Part shown: positions 18,222 through 26,605 of the stretch, one piece after another
Layout of the letters: every line of letters begins with the position of its first letter
Position numbering within the stretch: the stretch's first letter is position 1
Origin: Kofleriaceae bacterium
GTDB taxonomy: Bacteria; Myxococcota_A; Polyangia; Haliangiales; Haliangiaceae
Assembly (NCBI GenBank): GCA_039809625.1
Contig: JBDHVH010000001.1
Location: 1-29,776, forward strand
Reading direction: 5' to 3'
DNA: 29,776 nucleotides
Program-made: the position numbers and the translations under genes
The notes under the pieces: generated by a model
What the model was told of the DNA's origin: nothing
The model's input: only the letters and a program-made list of their open reading frames with translations
The model's database searches: none

Positions 18222-18425
18222 CACGCACACCCTACCACTGCGTCCCGGTGCCGGGCTTGCCGCAGCGCCTCGCCCGCAAGCCCTTGCTCGCGGCGCGAGC
18301 CCTCTGGGCGCGGACCGCGTATTGCCTTTCCCGACCATCCACCACTCGCCGGCTGCCGGCCGGCGCGGTTCGAGGAAGACTGCCCTCGTCAGGGTCGCTG
18401 TATCGCCAGGACCTGGCGGCGCAGC

Positions 18426-18596
18426 TCAGATGTCGATGACGATTACGCCGCGCTCGCTCTCTTCTCGCTTGGGCGGAAGCGCCGGCTGCTCCGTGCTGCG
18501 CGGAGCGTCAATCGGCAGCTCGATCCGACCGCGCTCGTGCTCGCGCCGCTCTTCTTCTCTTCGGAGAATCTCTTCGATGATCCAGGGGTCCAGCAT
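18426..18596 (-). CDS. Small hypothetical protein (56 aa)
   Basis: MLDPWIIEEILRREEERREHERGRIELPIDAP...EESERGVIVIDI; strong SD GAAGGAG 5 nt before the ATG. Confidence 0.75.
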   Translation of the reverse strand: MLDPWIIEEILRREEERREHERGRIELPIDAPRSTEQPALPPKREESERGVIVIDI

Positions 18597-19040
18597 GGCA
18601 GCTCCTTCGCCGCGTGCGCTGAGTCTCGGGCCTACTGTACAGTCTACTTGCAACCCCCGCGCCTTCTACCCCGCCCGCCTGCAAAACTCGTAACGTCCTG
18701 ATATCCAATACGACGAAATCGGCCGAGGGCCAAATTCATCGAGGATTGCTGGGGACGGTCGGCCCGATTTACGCCACCCTCGCCGACAGGCCCCGCGGGA
18801 AAACCTGATCGCCTCATGAATTCCAACTAGTTGACGACTTACTTGGTGTGAACTTTTTGCGAGGTGGAGTGCCGCTTTTGGCCCGTGCACTCGCTCACTA
18901 AGTGCGCTGCACTGCGTCCCAGAGATCGGCGAGGGGCCGACGCCATGCCGCCTTCAGCCTTCGGACGATGGCAACGCCAGCCTCGAACACGGCGCGGCGG
19001 TCCAGTGGAGATGGAAAGGTCAGCAGAGCAGAGCGTCTGC

Positions 19041-19748
19041 CTAGTCGAGGTCCTTGAGCTTCCAGAGGCCCTCTTCGCGCACGAACTTCACCTCGAAGCG
19101 CTCGCCATAGCTCATGCGAGCCTCGTTGCCCCGCTCCGCGATCGGCTCCTCGACGCTGGCTTCCAGCGAGTCGATCATCGCCTCCGCGTCCTCCTTGCTT
19201 GGGCCCTCGAACTGCGCCTTCATCTTCGCGGCGTCCATCCGCGAGCGATACCGCTCTGGCACGAAGCGCAGCATGATGTCGTAGCGGCCCAGGCGATACG
19301 CGCGCAGGAACGAGCGTAGCGCCGCGCGCGGGCTGGTCTGATCGTAGAACGCCAGCGGGTTCGAGGCCAGGCGCCAGCTCCCCCCCTCTTGCACCAGGCG
19401 CAGCGAGTCACCCAGGCCGTAGTGGAGCTCGGCGCTGACCTCCACCTGCCCTCTGCCGCCGAGGCGCTCGGCGGTCTCGCTCACCTCGCGCGGGTTGTCG
19501 CGCATCATGCGCACGAACTCGTCACGGGACACCCGGGCCCGAAAAGACGACGACATGAGCTCGTAGGCCGCCGCGAAGTCGCGACGGCGCAGCGCGGCGC
19601 CATAGGTGTCGAGCGCGCCCTGCGGCCCGGCGCCGCCGGAGCACCCCACCGAGGCGAGCACCGAGGCGAGCACCGCGCCAAGCACGAGCCCAAGACCAAG
19701 GCGCCGCGCGAGCCGCTGGCGCCGCCAAAAGGAGCATCGCGTCGACAT
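19041..19748 (-). CDS. Lipoprotein with two tandem NTF2-like (DUF4878-like) domains
   Basis: Basic N-region, hydrophobic helix, SVGC lipobox; two similar halves each ending 'L/F V.E.G.W.L'; TGCTATAAC promoter-like motif upstream (19760-19768, minus strand). Confidence 0.75.
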   Translation of the reverse strand: MSTRCSFWRRQRLARRLGLGLVLGAVLASVLASVGCSGGAGPQGALDTYGAALRRRDFAAAYELMSSSFRARVSRDEFVRMMRDNPREVSETAERLGGRGQVEVSAELHYGLGDSLRLVQEGGSWRLASNPLAFYDQTSPRAALRSFLRAYRLGRYDIMLRFVPERYRSRMDAAKMKAQFEGPSKEDAEAMIDSLEASVEEPIAERGNEARMSYGERFEVKFVREEGLWKLKDLD

Positions 19749-19835
19749 GAGACTTACGGGTTATAGCAGAGGACCTCCCGGCTTTTGCCACCAACCCGCT
19801 GGTAGCAGTCGCGCGCTTTCCCCTACGATCGCGTG

Positions 19836-20447
19836 GTGAGCGACTCGCCACCAGGCCCCCCGCCCCCGACCGCGGCGTCACCTCTCGAGCAGGAGCCCGC
19901 GGCGCCCACGACGGCCTCCGCGGGCGACCGCCACGCCGACGCGCCACCCGTGGCGCGCGCGCTGCGCCGGCTCGATCGCGCGCTCGCCAGCCTCGAGCAG
20001 CTCGTGCTCGCGGCGCTCCTGGCGATCATCATCTGCGTCGCCGTCGCCACCGTGGCCGTGCACCTGGCGTGGGCCGACGAGGTGATCCGCTACGGCGTGT
20101 TCGCGATGGCGATGATCGGCGGCGCCTTCGCCACGCACCACCAGCGGCTGCTGTCGATGGATGTGCTCTCGCGCACGCTGCCGCCGCGGCGGCGCGCCGC
20201 GCGCCGCGTCGTGCTGGCGCTGTTCGCGCTCGGCGCCACCGCGGCGCTATTCGTCGGCGGCCTGCAGATCCTAGCGCTGCAGCGCGCCGTCTCGACCAAC
20301 GGCTTTATCCCCACCGAGGTGCCGGCGCTGTGCATCCCCGTCGGCACCGGCCTCATCGCCGTGCACCTGACCCTGGGCGCCGCCATCGAGCTCGACTACC
20401 TCGCGCGTGGCCGCTCGGCGCCGGAGCCCGAGCAAGGGGGGGTGTGA
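19836..20447 (+). CDS. TRAP transporter small permease (DctQ family)
   Basis: About 4 TM; WADEVIRY...MIGGAFAT....LSMDVL motif; stop overlaps the next ATG (TGATG). Start GTG 19836 or 19833. Confidence 0.85.
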   Translation: MSDSPPGPPPPTAASPLEQEPAAPTTASAGDRHADAPPVARALRRLDRALASLEQLVLAALLAIIICVAVATVAVHLAWADEVIRYGVFAMAMIGGAFATHHQRLLSMDVLSRTLPPRRRAARRVVLALFALGATAALFVGGLQILALQRAVSTNGFIPTEVPALCIPVGTGLIAVHLTLGAAIELDYLARGRSAPEPEQGGV

Positions 20448-22138
20448 TGACCGCCCTGGTCGCGGCGCTGCTCGCGCTGTTTTTGGCCGGCGCGCCGCTG
20501 TTCGCGGTCATGGTGGGCGCCGCCGCGCTCGGCGCGCTGTCGTTGCCGCGCTCGTTCGCCGCCGAGTTCGGCGGCTCCATGCAGACCTTCTTCTCGCTGG
20601 GGACCAACGAGCAAGCCCAGATCTTCTCCACCATCCCGCTGTTCATCTACGCCGGGTACTTGATGGCCGCCGCGCGCACGGCCGATCGCTTGGTACGCTT
20701 CGCCAACGCGATCTTGGGGTGGATGCCGGGCGGGCTCGCCGTGGTCACCGTGTTCGCCGCCGCGGTGTTCACCACGTTCACCGGCGCCTCGGGCGTGACC
20801 ATCGTCGCGCTCGGCGGACTACTCATGCCAGCGCTGGTCAAGCACAAGTACCCGCGCCGCTTCGCGCTCGGGCTGGTCGCCGGCACGGGCTCTTGTGGCT
20901 TGCTCCTGCCGCCAGCGCTGCCGCTGTTCGTGTTCGGCGCGATCTACGGGATCAACCGAGAGCTCGCCACCAAGTGGGAGTGGGACACCCAGCGCTTCGT
21001 GTTCGCCGGCATCGTGCCGGGCGTGGTGCTGCTGGTCTTGCTGTCGCTGCTGTCGATCGGGGTGGCCGCCCGTCACCGCCTGCCGCGCCAGCGTTTCGAC
21101 CTCGCCGAGCTCGGCCGCGCCACCCTGCAGGCAGCACCGGAGCTGGTGCTCCCCATCGGGGTCATCGCCCTGCTCGCGCGGGGCTTCTCGATCGCGCAGG
21201 TAGCGGCGCTCACCGTGGCCTACCTCGGGGTGATCGAGCTGGTGGTGTTCCGCGACGTCAAGGCTCGCACGCTCTGGACCATCAGCACCGAGTCGATGGC
21301 GCTGTCGGGCACGATCTTTCTCGTCGTGTTCACCTCTGCGGTGTTCACCAACTACCTGGTGACGGCCAAGGTACCGGCCGCGCTCGTCGAGTGGACCACT
21401 GCCCACGTTGGCTCGCGGCTGGTGTTTCTCCTCATGCTGAACCTGCTGCTCTTGCTGGTCGGGATGATGATGGACGTGTTCTCGGCCATCGTCATCGTCC
21501 TGCCGCTCATCGCCGCGGTCGCCGACCGCTATTCCGTCAACCCCTATCACCTCGGCGTGATGTTCCTGCTCAACCTCGAGATCGGCTACCTGACGCCGCC
21601 GGTCGGGCTCAACCTGTTCATCACCAGCTTCAAGTTCCGCATCCCAGTCATCGACGTCGTGCGCGCGGTGTTGCCGTTCATCGGCACCATGTTGGTCGCG
21701 CTGGTGCTGGTGACCTACGTCCCCGCGCTCACCATCGTGCCCGAGCCCGAGCGCCGAGGCACGGCCTCCGCGCTGGTCCAGCTCGTCGCCGAGCAGGCGC
21801 AAACCGCGCGCGCGGTGCGAGAGCTCGCGATGGTCCGTGACGATGGCACCCCGGTGCTCGACGCCCAGGGCAAGCCGGTGATCAAAAAGCTCTCCGAGTG
21901 CGCAGCGCTCGGCTCCGAGCTCGAGCGCGAGCGATGCACCGACCTGTTCGTCCAGGTCACCGCGTGCCGCGCCGCCCCCCCAGCAGGCCAGAGCGCCGCC
22001 GCTTGTGAGCGACAGGTGATCGCCGACTGGGTCACCTCCAACCTCGACGACTCGGAGTGGAATCTCGATGCGGACGAGGACTCGACCGGCGCGACCGAGG
22101 TAGAACCAGACGCTGGCGAAGGTCCGCCGAGTCGATAG
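20447..22138 (+). CDS. TRAP transporter large permease (DctM family) with an approximately 130-aa C-terminal extension
   Basis: 563 aa. IPLFIYAGYLM, WMPGGLAVV, FTTFTGASGVT, GSCGLLLPP, EIGYLTPPVGLNLF, then a hydrophilic tail with 4 Cys. Confidence 0.9.
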   Translation: MTALVAALLALFLAGAPLFAVMVGAAALGALSLPRSFAAEFGGSMQTFFSLGTNEQAQIFSTIPLFIYAGYLMAAARTADRLVRFANAILGWMPGGLAVVTVFAAAVFTTFTGASGVTIVALGGLLMPALVKHKYPRRFALGLVAGTGSCGLLLPPALPLFVFGAIYGINRELATKWEWDTQRFVFAGIVPGVVLLVLLSLLSIGVAARHRLPRQRFDLAELGRATLQAAPELVLPIGVIALLARGFSIAQVAALTVAYLGVIELVVFRDVKARTLWTISTESMALSGTIFLVVFTSAVFTNYLVTAKVPAALVEWTTAHVGSRLVFLLMLNLLLLLVGMMMDVFSAIVIVLPLIAAVADRYSVNPYHLGVMFLLNLEIGYLTPPVGLNLFITSFKFRIPVIDVVRAVLPFIGTMLVALVLVTYVPALTIVPEPERRGTASALVQLVAEQAQTARAVRELAMVRDDGTPVLDAQGKPVIKKLSECAALGSELERERCTDLFVQVTACRAAPPAGQSAAACERQVIADWVTSNLDDSEWNLDADEDSTGATEVEPDAGEGPPSR

Positions 22139-22144
22139 CGCTCC

Positions 22145-23041
22145 ATGGGTGTCCCGACGTTCTCGTCCGCGCGTGCGCTGCTGCGCACCATGCGCCCGCA
22201 CCAGTGGGTGAAAAACCTCTTCGTGGCGGCGCCGCTGGTGTTCTCCCGTCACCTCGAAGACGAGGTTCCGCTCTTGCGCTCTGCCGCCGCGGTCGCCGCG
22301 TTCTGCCTGCTGTCGGGCGCAGTCTACGCCTTCAACGACGTGCGCGACGTCGAGGCCGACCGCGCCCACCCGCAGAAGCGCCGCCGCCCCATCGCCGCCG
22401 GCGAGCTCGGAGAGCGGGCCGCGCTGGTGTCGGCTGCGGTCTTGGCCGCGATCGCCCTGGCGGTCGGGACGGCGCTATCGTGGAAGGTTGGCGCGCTCGC
22501 CCTCGCCTACGGCGTGGTCAACCTGGCCTACAGCCTCGGCCTCAAGGAGATCGCCTTCGCCGACGTCGGACTCATCGCTGGCGGGTTCCTGCTGCGCGTG
22601 CTCACCGGCGCCGCCGCGATCGACGCGCCGGCGTCGCGCTGGCTCCTCCTGTGCACTGCGCTGCTGGCGGCCATGCTCGCGCTCGGCAAGCGCGCCCACG
22701 AGCTGGCCTGGGCCGCTCGCGCCGGCACCCAAGCCACCACCCGCGCCGCGCTCGCCGGCTATCGCCTCGGCCCGGTCCGCGTCGCCATGCTGGCGCTGGG
22801 GTGCGCGACCGCGGTCGCCTACGCGTCGTATTGTCTCGACCGCCACACCATGGCGTTCTTTGGCACCGATCGGCTGATCTGGAGCGCTCCGTTTCCGTGC
22901 CTGGGCATCGCCCGCTTCGCCGCGCTGGCCCTGCTCCGCCCCGGGCCGCAGAGCCCCACCGACGCGATGCTACGCGACGTGCCGTTCCTGGCGAACCTCG
23001 TCGCCTGGGCCGCGTGCATCGTGTGGCTGCTCTATGGCTGA
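22145..23041 (+). CDS. UbiA-family prenyltransferase, decaprenyl-phosphate phosphoribosyltransferase-like
   Basis: MRPHQWVKN.FV.APLVF, YAFNDVRDVEADRAHP.KRRRPIAAG, YSLGLKEIAFADV, GF.LRVL.GA, LGKR..EL. Confidence 0.88.
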   Translation: MGVPTFSSARALLRTMRPHQWVKNLFVAAPLVFSRHLEDEVPLLRSAAAVAAFCLLSGAVYAFNDVRDVEADRAHPQKRRRPIAAGELGERAALVSAAVLAAIALAVGTALSWKVGALALAYGVVNLAYSLGLKEIAFADVGLIAGGFLLRVLTGAAAIDAPASRWLLLCTALLAAMLALGKRAHELAWAARAGTQATTRAALAGYRLGPVRVAMLALGCATAVAYASYCLDRHTMAFFGTDRLIWSAPFPCLGIARFAALALLRPGPQSPTDAMLRDVPFLANLVAWAACIVWLLYG

Positions 23042-23143
23042 GCGCCGCCCTCCGAGCACGGCGCGTTGACCGTTTCCGCTCCCGTCCCTTCCACCATCCT
23101 CGACACCGCACGCCGGCCACAGCGGCCGCATTGGAGCACCCGC

Positions 23144-24217
23144 ATGCACTTCGGCAGCGACAACCACACCGGCGCGTCGCCGCGCGTCCTCGAGATGCTG
23201 GTGGCCGCCAATCGCGGGCACACCCACGGCTACGGCGACGACGAGTGGACGGCGCGCGCGGCCGAGCTGCTCGCCGAGGTCTTCGAGCGCCCGCTCGAGG
23301 TCTTCCTGGTCCCGACCGGGACGGCGTCCAACACGCTCGCGTTGGCGGCGCTGCTTCGTCCCTGGGAGTCCGTGCTGTGTCACTCCCAGGCCCACATCCT
23401 CATCGACGAGTCGACCGCCGTCGAGCTGCACAGCGGCGGCGCCAGAGTGTTCGGGATCTCGGGGCGGGACGGCAAGCTGACCCCCGATCACCTCCACGCC
23501 TACTTCGCCGGCGCCGGCACCGACGCGCCCCACAACGTTCGCGCCGCGGCGCTGTCGGTCTCGCAGGTGAGCGAGCTCGGCTTGGTGTACTCCGCGGCCG
23601 AGCTGCGCGCGCTGTGCGCCACCGCGCACCACTACGGCCTGCGCGTGCACGTCGACGGGGCCCGCTTCGCCAACGCGGTGGCGGCCAGCGGCGCCGCGCC
23701 CAGCGAGCTGACCTGGCGCGCGGGCGTCGACGTGCTCAGCCTCGGCGCAACCAAGAACGGCTGCCTGGCTGCCGAGGCCATCGTGTGCTTCACGCCCGGC
23801 CTGGCGGCGGACCTCACGCACCTGCGCAAGCGCGGCGGACACCTGCTGTCCAAGGGCCGCTTGCTCGGCGCGCAGCTCGTCGGGTGGCTGCGCGAAGGAC
23901 ACTGGCTCGAGCTGGCCGAGCACGCCAACGCCCACGCCGCGGCGCTCGCGCGCGCGCTCATCGAGCTGCCGGGCGTCCGCCTGGCTTGGCCGACCGAGGC
24001 CAACGAGGTGTTCGCCATCGTGCCGACCGCGCTCGCCGAGGCGCTGCGCGCCGCGGGCGCGACCTTCTACGACTGGTATGGCGCCGCGCTGCCTGCCGGG
24101 GTCGCGCTGCCGCCGAGCGAGCGGCTGATCCGGCTGGTCACGTCGTTTCTCTCCACCAACCACGACATCGACCTGCTGTGCGACGCCGCCGCGCGCTACG
24201 CGCTGGCGGAGGTGTGA
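23144..24217 (+). CDS. ltaE: Low-specificity L-threonine aldolase (beta-eliminating lyase family)
   Basis: MHFGSDN, YGDDEWT, PTGTASNTL, HILIDE, HVDGARFANA, VDVLSLGATKNG (PLP Lys); GGAG SD upstream of ATG 23144. Confidence 0.85.
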   Translation: MHFGSDNHTGASPRVLEMLVAANRGHTHGYGDDEWTARAAELLAEVFERPLEVFLVPTGTASNTLALAALLRPWESVLCHSQAHILIDESTAVELHSGGARVFGISGRDGKLTPDHLHAYFAGAGTDAPHNVRAAALSVSQVSELGLVYSAAELRALCATAHHYGLRVHVDGARFANAVAASGAAPSELTWRAGVDVLSLGATKNGCLAAEAIVCFTPGLAADLTHLRKRGGHLLSKGRLLGAQLVGWLREGHWLELAEHANAHAAALARALIELPGVRLAWPTEANEVFAIVPTALAEALRAAGATFYDWYGAALPAGVALPPSERLIRLVTSFLSTNHDIDLLCDAAARYALAEV

Positions 24218-24240
24218 TGGAAGCGGCCCCGTGGGGCGGG

Positions 24241-24480
24241 CTACCTCGCGCTGAGCCAGAGCCACGCCGCCACGCCGGCGACGAGCAGCGCCAGCAGCAG
24301 CGCCACCGCACGCCAGCCGGCCGCGCCCTCGAGGCTGACGCGGCGAACCTTCGAGGTCGACTCGTCAGCGCCGGCGCGAGCCCGATCGAAGCTGACCTTG
24401 CGAACACGCAGCGTCGGCTCGGGGCGCGGCGCAGCCCTGCGCCGCACCTGCAGCGTCTCGTCGTGTGGGTCAGGCTCCAT
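24241..24480 (-). CDS. Small hypothetical protein with a C-terminal membrane anchor
   Basis: 79 aa from ATG 24480; charged N-part, hydrophobic AVALLLALLVAGVAAWLWL near the C-terminus; start uncertain. Confidence 0.5.
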   Translation of the reverse strand: MEPDPHDETLQVRRRAAPRPEPTLRVRKVSFDRARAGADESTSKVRRVSLEGAAGWRAVALLLALLVAGVAAWLWLSAR

Positions 24481-24693
24481 CGACACGTCTACTTTCCCCC
24501 ATGTCCAGGAAGGGTTTCCACACGCGCTCCGCCGAAACACCAAGCCGACGTCGCACCACGGCACCGTAACAAGCAAGGGCGAAGGCGACGACCGCGCAAG
24601 CACCAACAGGCGCTGGCCGGCGGAGGCGAGGCACAGGCCACCGATCCCTGCTCGAGTAGTTCGCAGGGGAGCATACGAGCTCTACAGCGGCCT

Positions 24694-25620
24694 TCAGCGT
24701 GCGGCGTCGGCGCGAGAGCGAAACGTCTTCTCGCCTTTCTCCATGACTTCGCGTTGATAGTATTGCGCCGGCGGCACCCGGGATCGCTTGACCGCGGCCA
24801 CCTGCTGCGCCACGAGCGACTCGAGCGAGGCAGCGTCGACTCCGGGGGGCAGCATCACGCCGTTTAGGAACAGGGTCGGAGTGCCCCTCACTCCGAAGTT
24901 CTCTAGCTGGGCTTGGTCGGCGGCGATCCGCGCCTTGCACGACTCGGAGGCCATGTCCTGCTGCAAGCGCTTGACGTCGAGCCCAGCGGCGCGCGCCGCC
25001 TCGACGATGTGGTTCTCGGCGAGGCGTTCGGGATCGCGGCTCTGCGCGTACTCTCGAAAGACCTTCTCCCAGATCGCCTTCTTGAAGGCGCCGTACTTTC
25101 CCTGACGCCCGGCCGCGCAAGCGCCGAGGTGCGCGGGCATCGCGGTCGGATGCACCACCAGGTGCTCGTAGACGATGCGCAGCTCGCCGGGGTGCGCGGC
25201 CAGCAGCGAGTCGAGCACCGGATCGAGCTCGGCGCAGTAGGGGCACGCGAAGTCGAACGCCTTGACGAGCGTCACCGGCGCGTCGACGGGCCCCGCGAGC
25301 TGACCTGCGGCGATCGCGTCAGCGACCGGCACCGCGAACACCGCGCCCGGCGCCGGCTCGTACGTCGCCTGCTGCTTCTGCTGATCGTAGACCGCCTGGA
25401 GGAACTGCAGCGCCTCGGCGTAGCGCTCGCGCTCTGCTTCGAGCTTGGCGACCCGCGCCTCGAGGCCCGCCAGATCCGCGGTGCCTTGCTGCGCGCCGGC
25501 GGTCTCAATGGGGTGCTGTGGCGCCGGGGCGTGGCCCCCACAGGCCGACGCCATCGCGCAGACCGCAAACCACCCCAGTGACTGCGCGAAGCGCTGGAGC
25601 CGATACCGACGTTCCATCAT
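24694..25620 (-). CDS. DsbA-family thioredoxin-fold lipoprotein
   Basis: ASAC lipobox, coiled-coil, GPVDAPVTLV..FDFACPYC (CxxC), GVRGTPTLFLNG (cis-Pro loop). Confidence 0.88.
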   Translation of the reverse strand: MMERRYRLQRFAQSLGWFAVCAMASACGGHAPAPQHPIETAGAQQGTADLAGLEARVAKLEAERERYAEALQFLQAVYDQQKQQATYEPAPGAVFAVPVADAIAAGQLAGPVDAPVTLVKAFDFACPYCAELDPVLDSLLAAHPGELRIVYEHLVVHPTAMPAHLGACAAGRQGKYGAFKKAIWEKVFREYAQSRDPERLAENHIVEAARAAGLDVKRLQQDMASESCKARIAADQAQLENFGVRGTPTLFLNGVMLPPGVDAASLESLVAQQVAAVKRSRVPPAQYYQREVMEKGEKTFRSRADAAR

Positions 25621-25717
25621 CGGCGGACTGTGGCACGTGCCGCCAGGCACGCACAATCGCGTCGACAAAGGGCCTGTGACGCACGCCGCTTGGCCGGCCC
25701 CGTAGTACGACCGGGGG

Positions 25718-26605
25718 ATGGAGATCTTGCGGACCCCAAACGAGCGCTTCGAGGCCCTGCCCGGTTGGTCCTATCGGCCACGCTACGTGCAACTCGACCA
25801 GCTCCAGATGGCATATGTCGACGAGGGCCCGGCCGACGGCGCGGTGGTGCTGTGCCTGCACGGTGAGCCATCGTGGGGGTACCTCTACCGCAAGATGATC
25901 CCGCCGCTGGTACAGGCAGGCCTGCGGGTGGTGGTGCCAGACCTCATCGGCTTTGGCCGCTCGGACAAGCCGGCCGATCGCCAAGACTACACCTACCAGC
26001 GTCACGTGGACTGGACCAAGGGCCTCCTGGACGCGTTGCAGCTTCCTCCGGTCACGTTGTTCTGCCAAGACTGGGGTGGGCTCATCGGGCTTCGCATCGC
26101 CGGCGAAGAGCCCGAGCGCTTCGCCGGCATCCTGGCCAGCAACACGTTCTTGCCCACCGGCGATCAGCCCATGCCGCCGGCGTTCTTCGCCTGGCAACGC
26201 TTCTCGCAAGAAGCGCCGGTGCTCCCAGTCGGCGGCATCGTGGCGCGAGGCTGCGTCACCGCGCTGTCGCCGCAGGAGATCGCAGCCTACGACGCGCCCT
26301 ACCCGACTCCCGCCTATCAGGCAGGCGCGCGCCAGTTCCCCCTGCTGGTGCCGGCGACCCCGTCCGACCCAGCGGCCCCCGCCAATCGCCTGGCGTGGCA
26401 AGGGCTCAGGGCGTTTGCGCGGCCGTTCATGACCGCGTTTGGAGATGCCGACCCAATCACCAAGGGTGCCGACCGCGCCCTGCAAGAGGCCATCGTTGGG
26501 GCCATCGGACAACCACACACCACGCTACACGCGGGCCACTTCGCGCAAGAAGATGCGGGGCCGCAGCTCGCACAGCTCCTGGTGGAGCTGGTGGCCCGCT
26601 CCTGA
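25718..26605 (+). CDS. Haloalkane dehalogenase (HLD-I type pentad)
   Basis: LRTP.ERF, LHGEPSWGYLYRKMIP, QDWGG (nucleophile Asp + Trp), FFAWQRF (second Trp), GDADPI (acid Asp), AGHFAQED (His). Confidence 0.9.
   Translation: MEILRTPNERFEALPGWSYRPRYVQLDQLQMAYVDEGPADGAVVLCLHGEPSWGYLYRKMIPPLVQAGLRVVVPDLIGFGRSDKPADRQDYTYQRHVDWTKGLLDALQLPPVTLFCQDWGGLIGLRIAGEEPERFAGILASNTFLPTGDQPMPPAFFAWQRFSQEAPVLPVGGIVARGCVTALSPQEIAAYDAPYPTPAYQAGARQFPLLVPATPSDPAAPANRLAWQGLRAFARPFMTAFGDADPITKGADRALQEAIVGAIGQPHTTLHAGHFAQEDAGPQLAQLLVELVARS

Noticed and set aside
18644-18890. Short minus-strand ORFs 18644..18826 and 18666..18890
   Set aside because: No SD or recognisable motif, non-protein-like composition; treated as intergenic.
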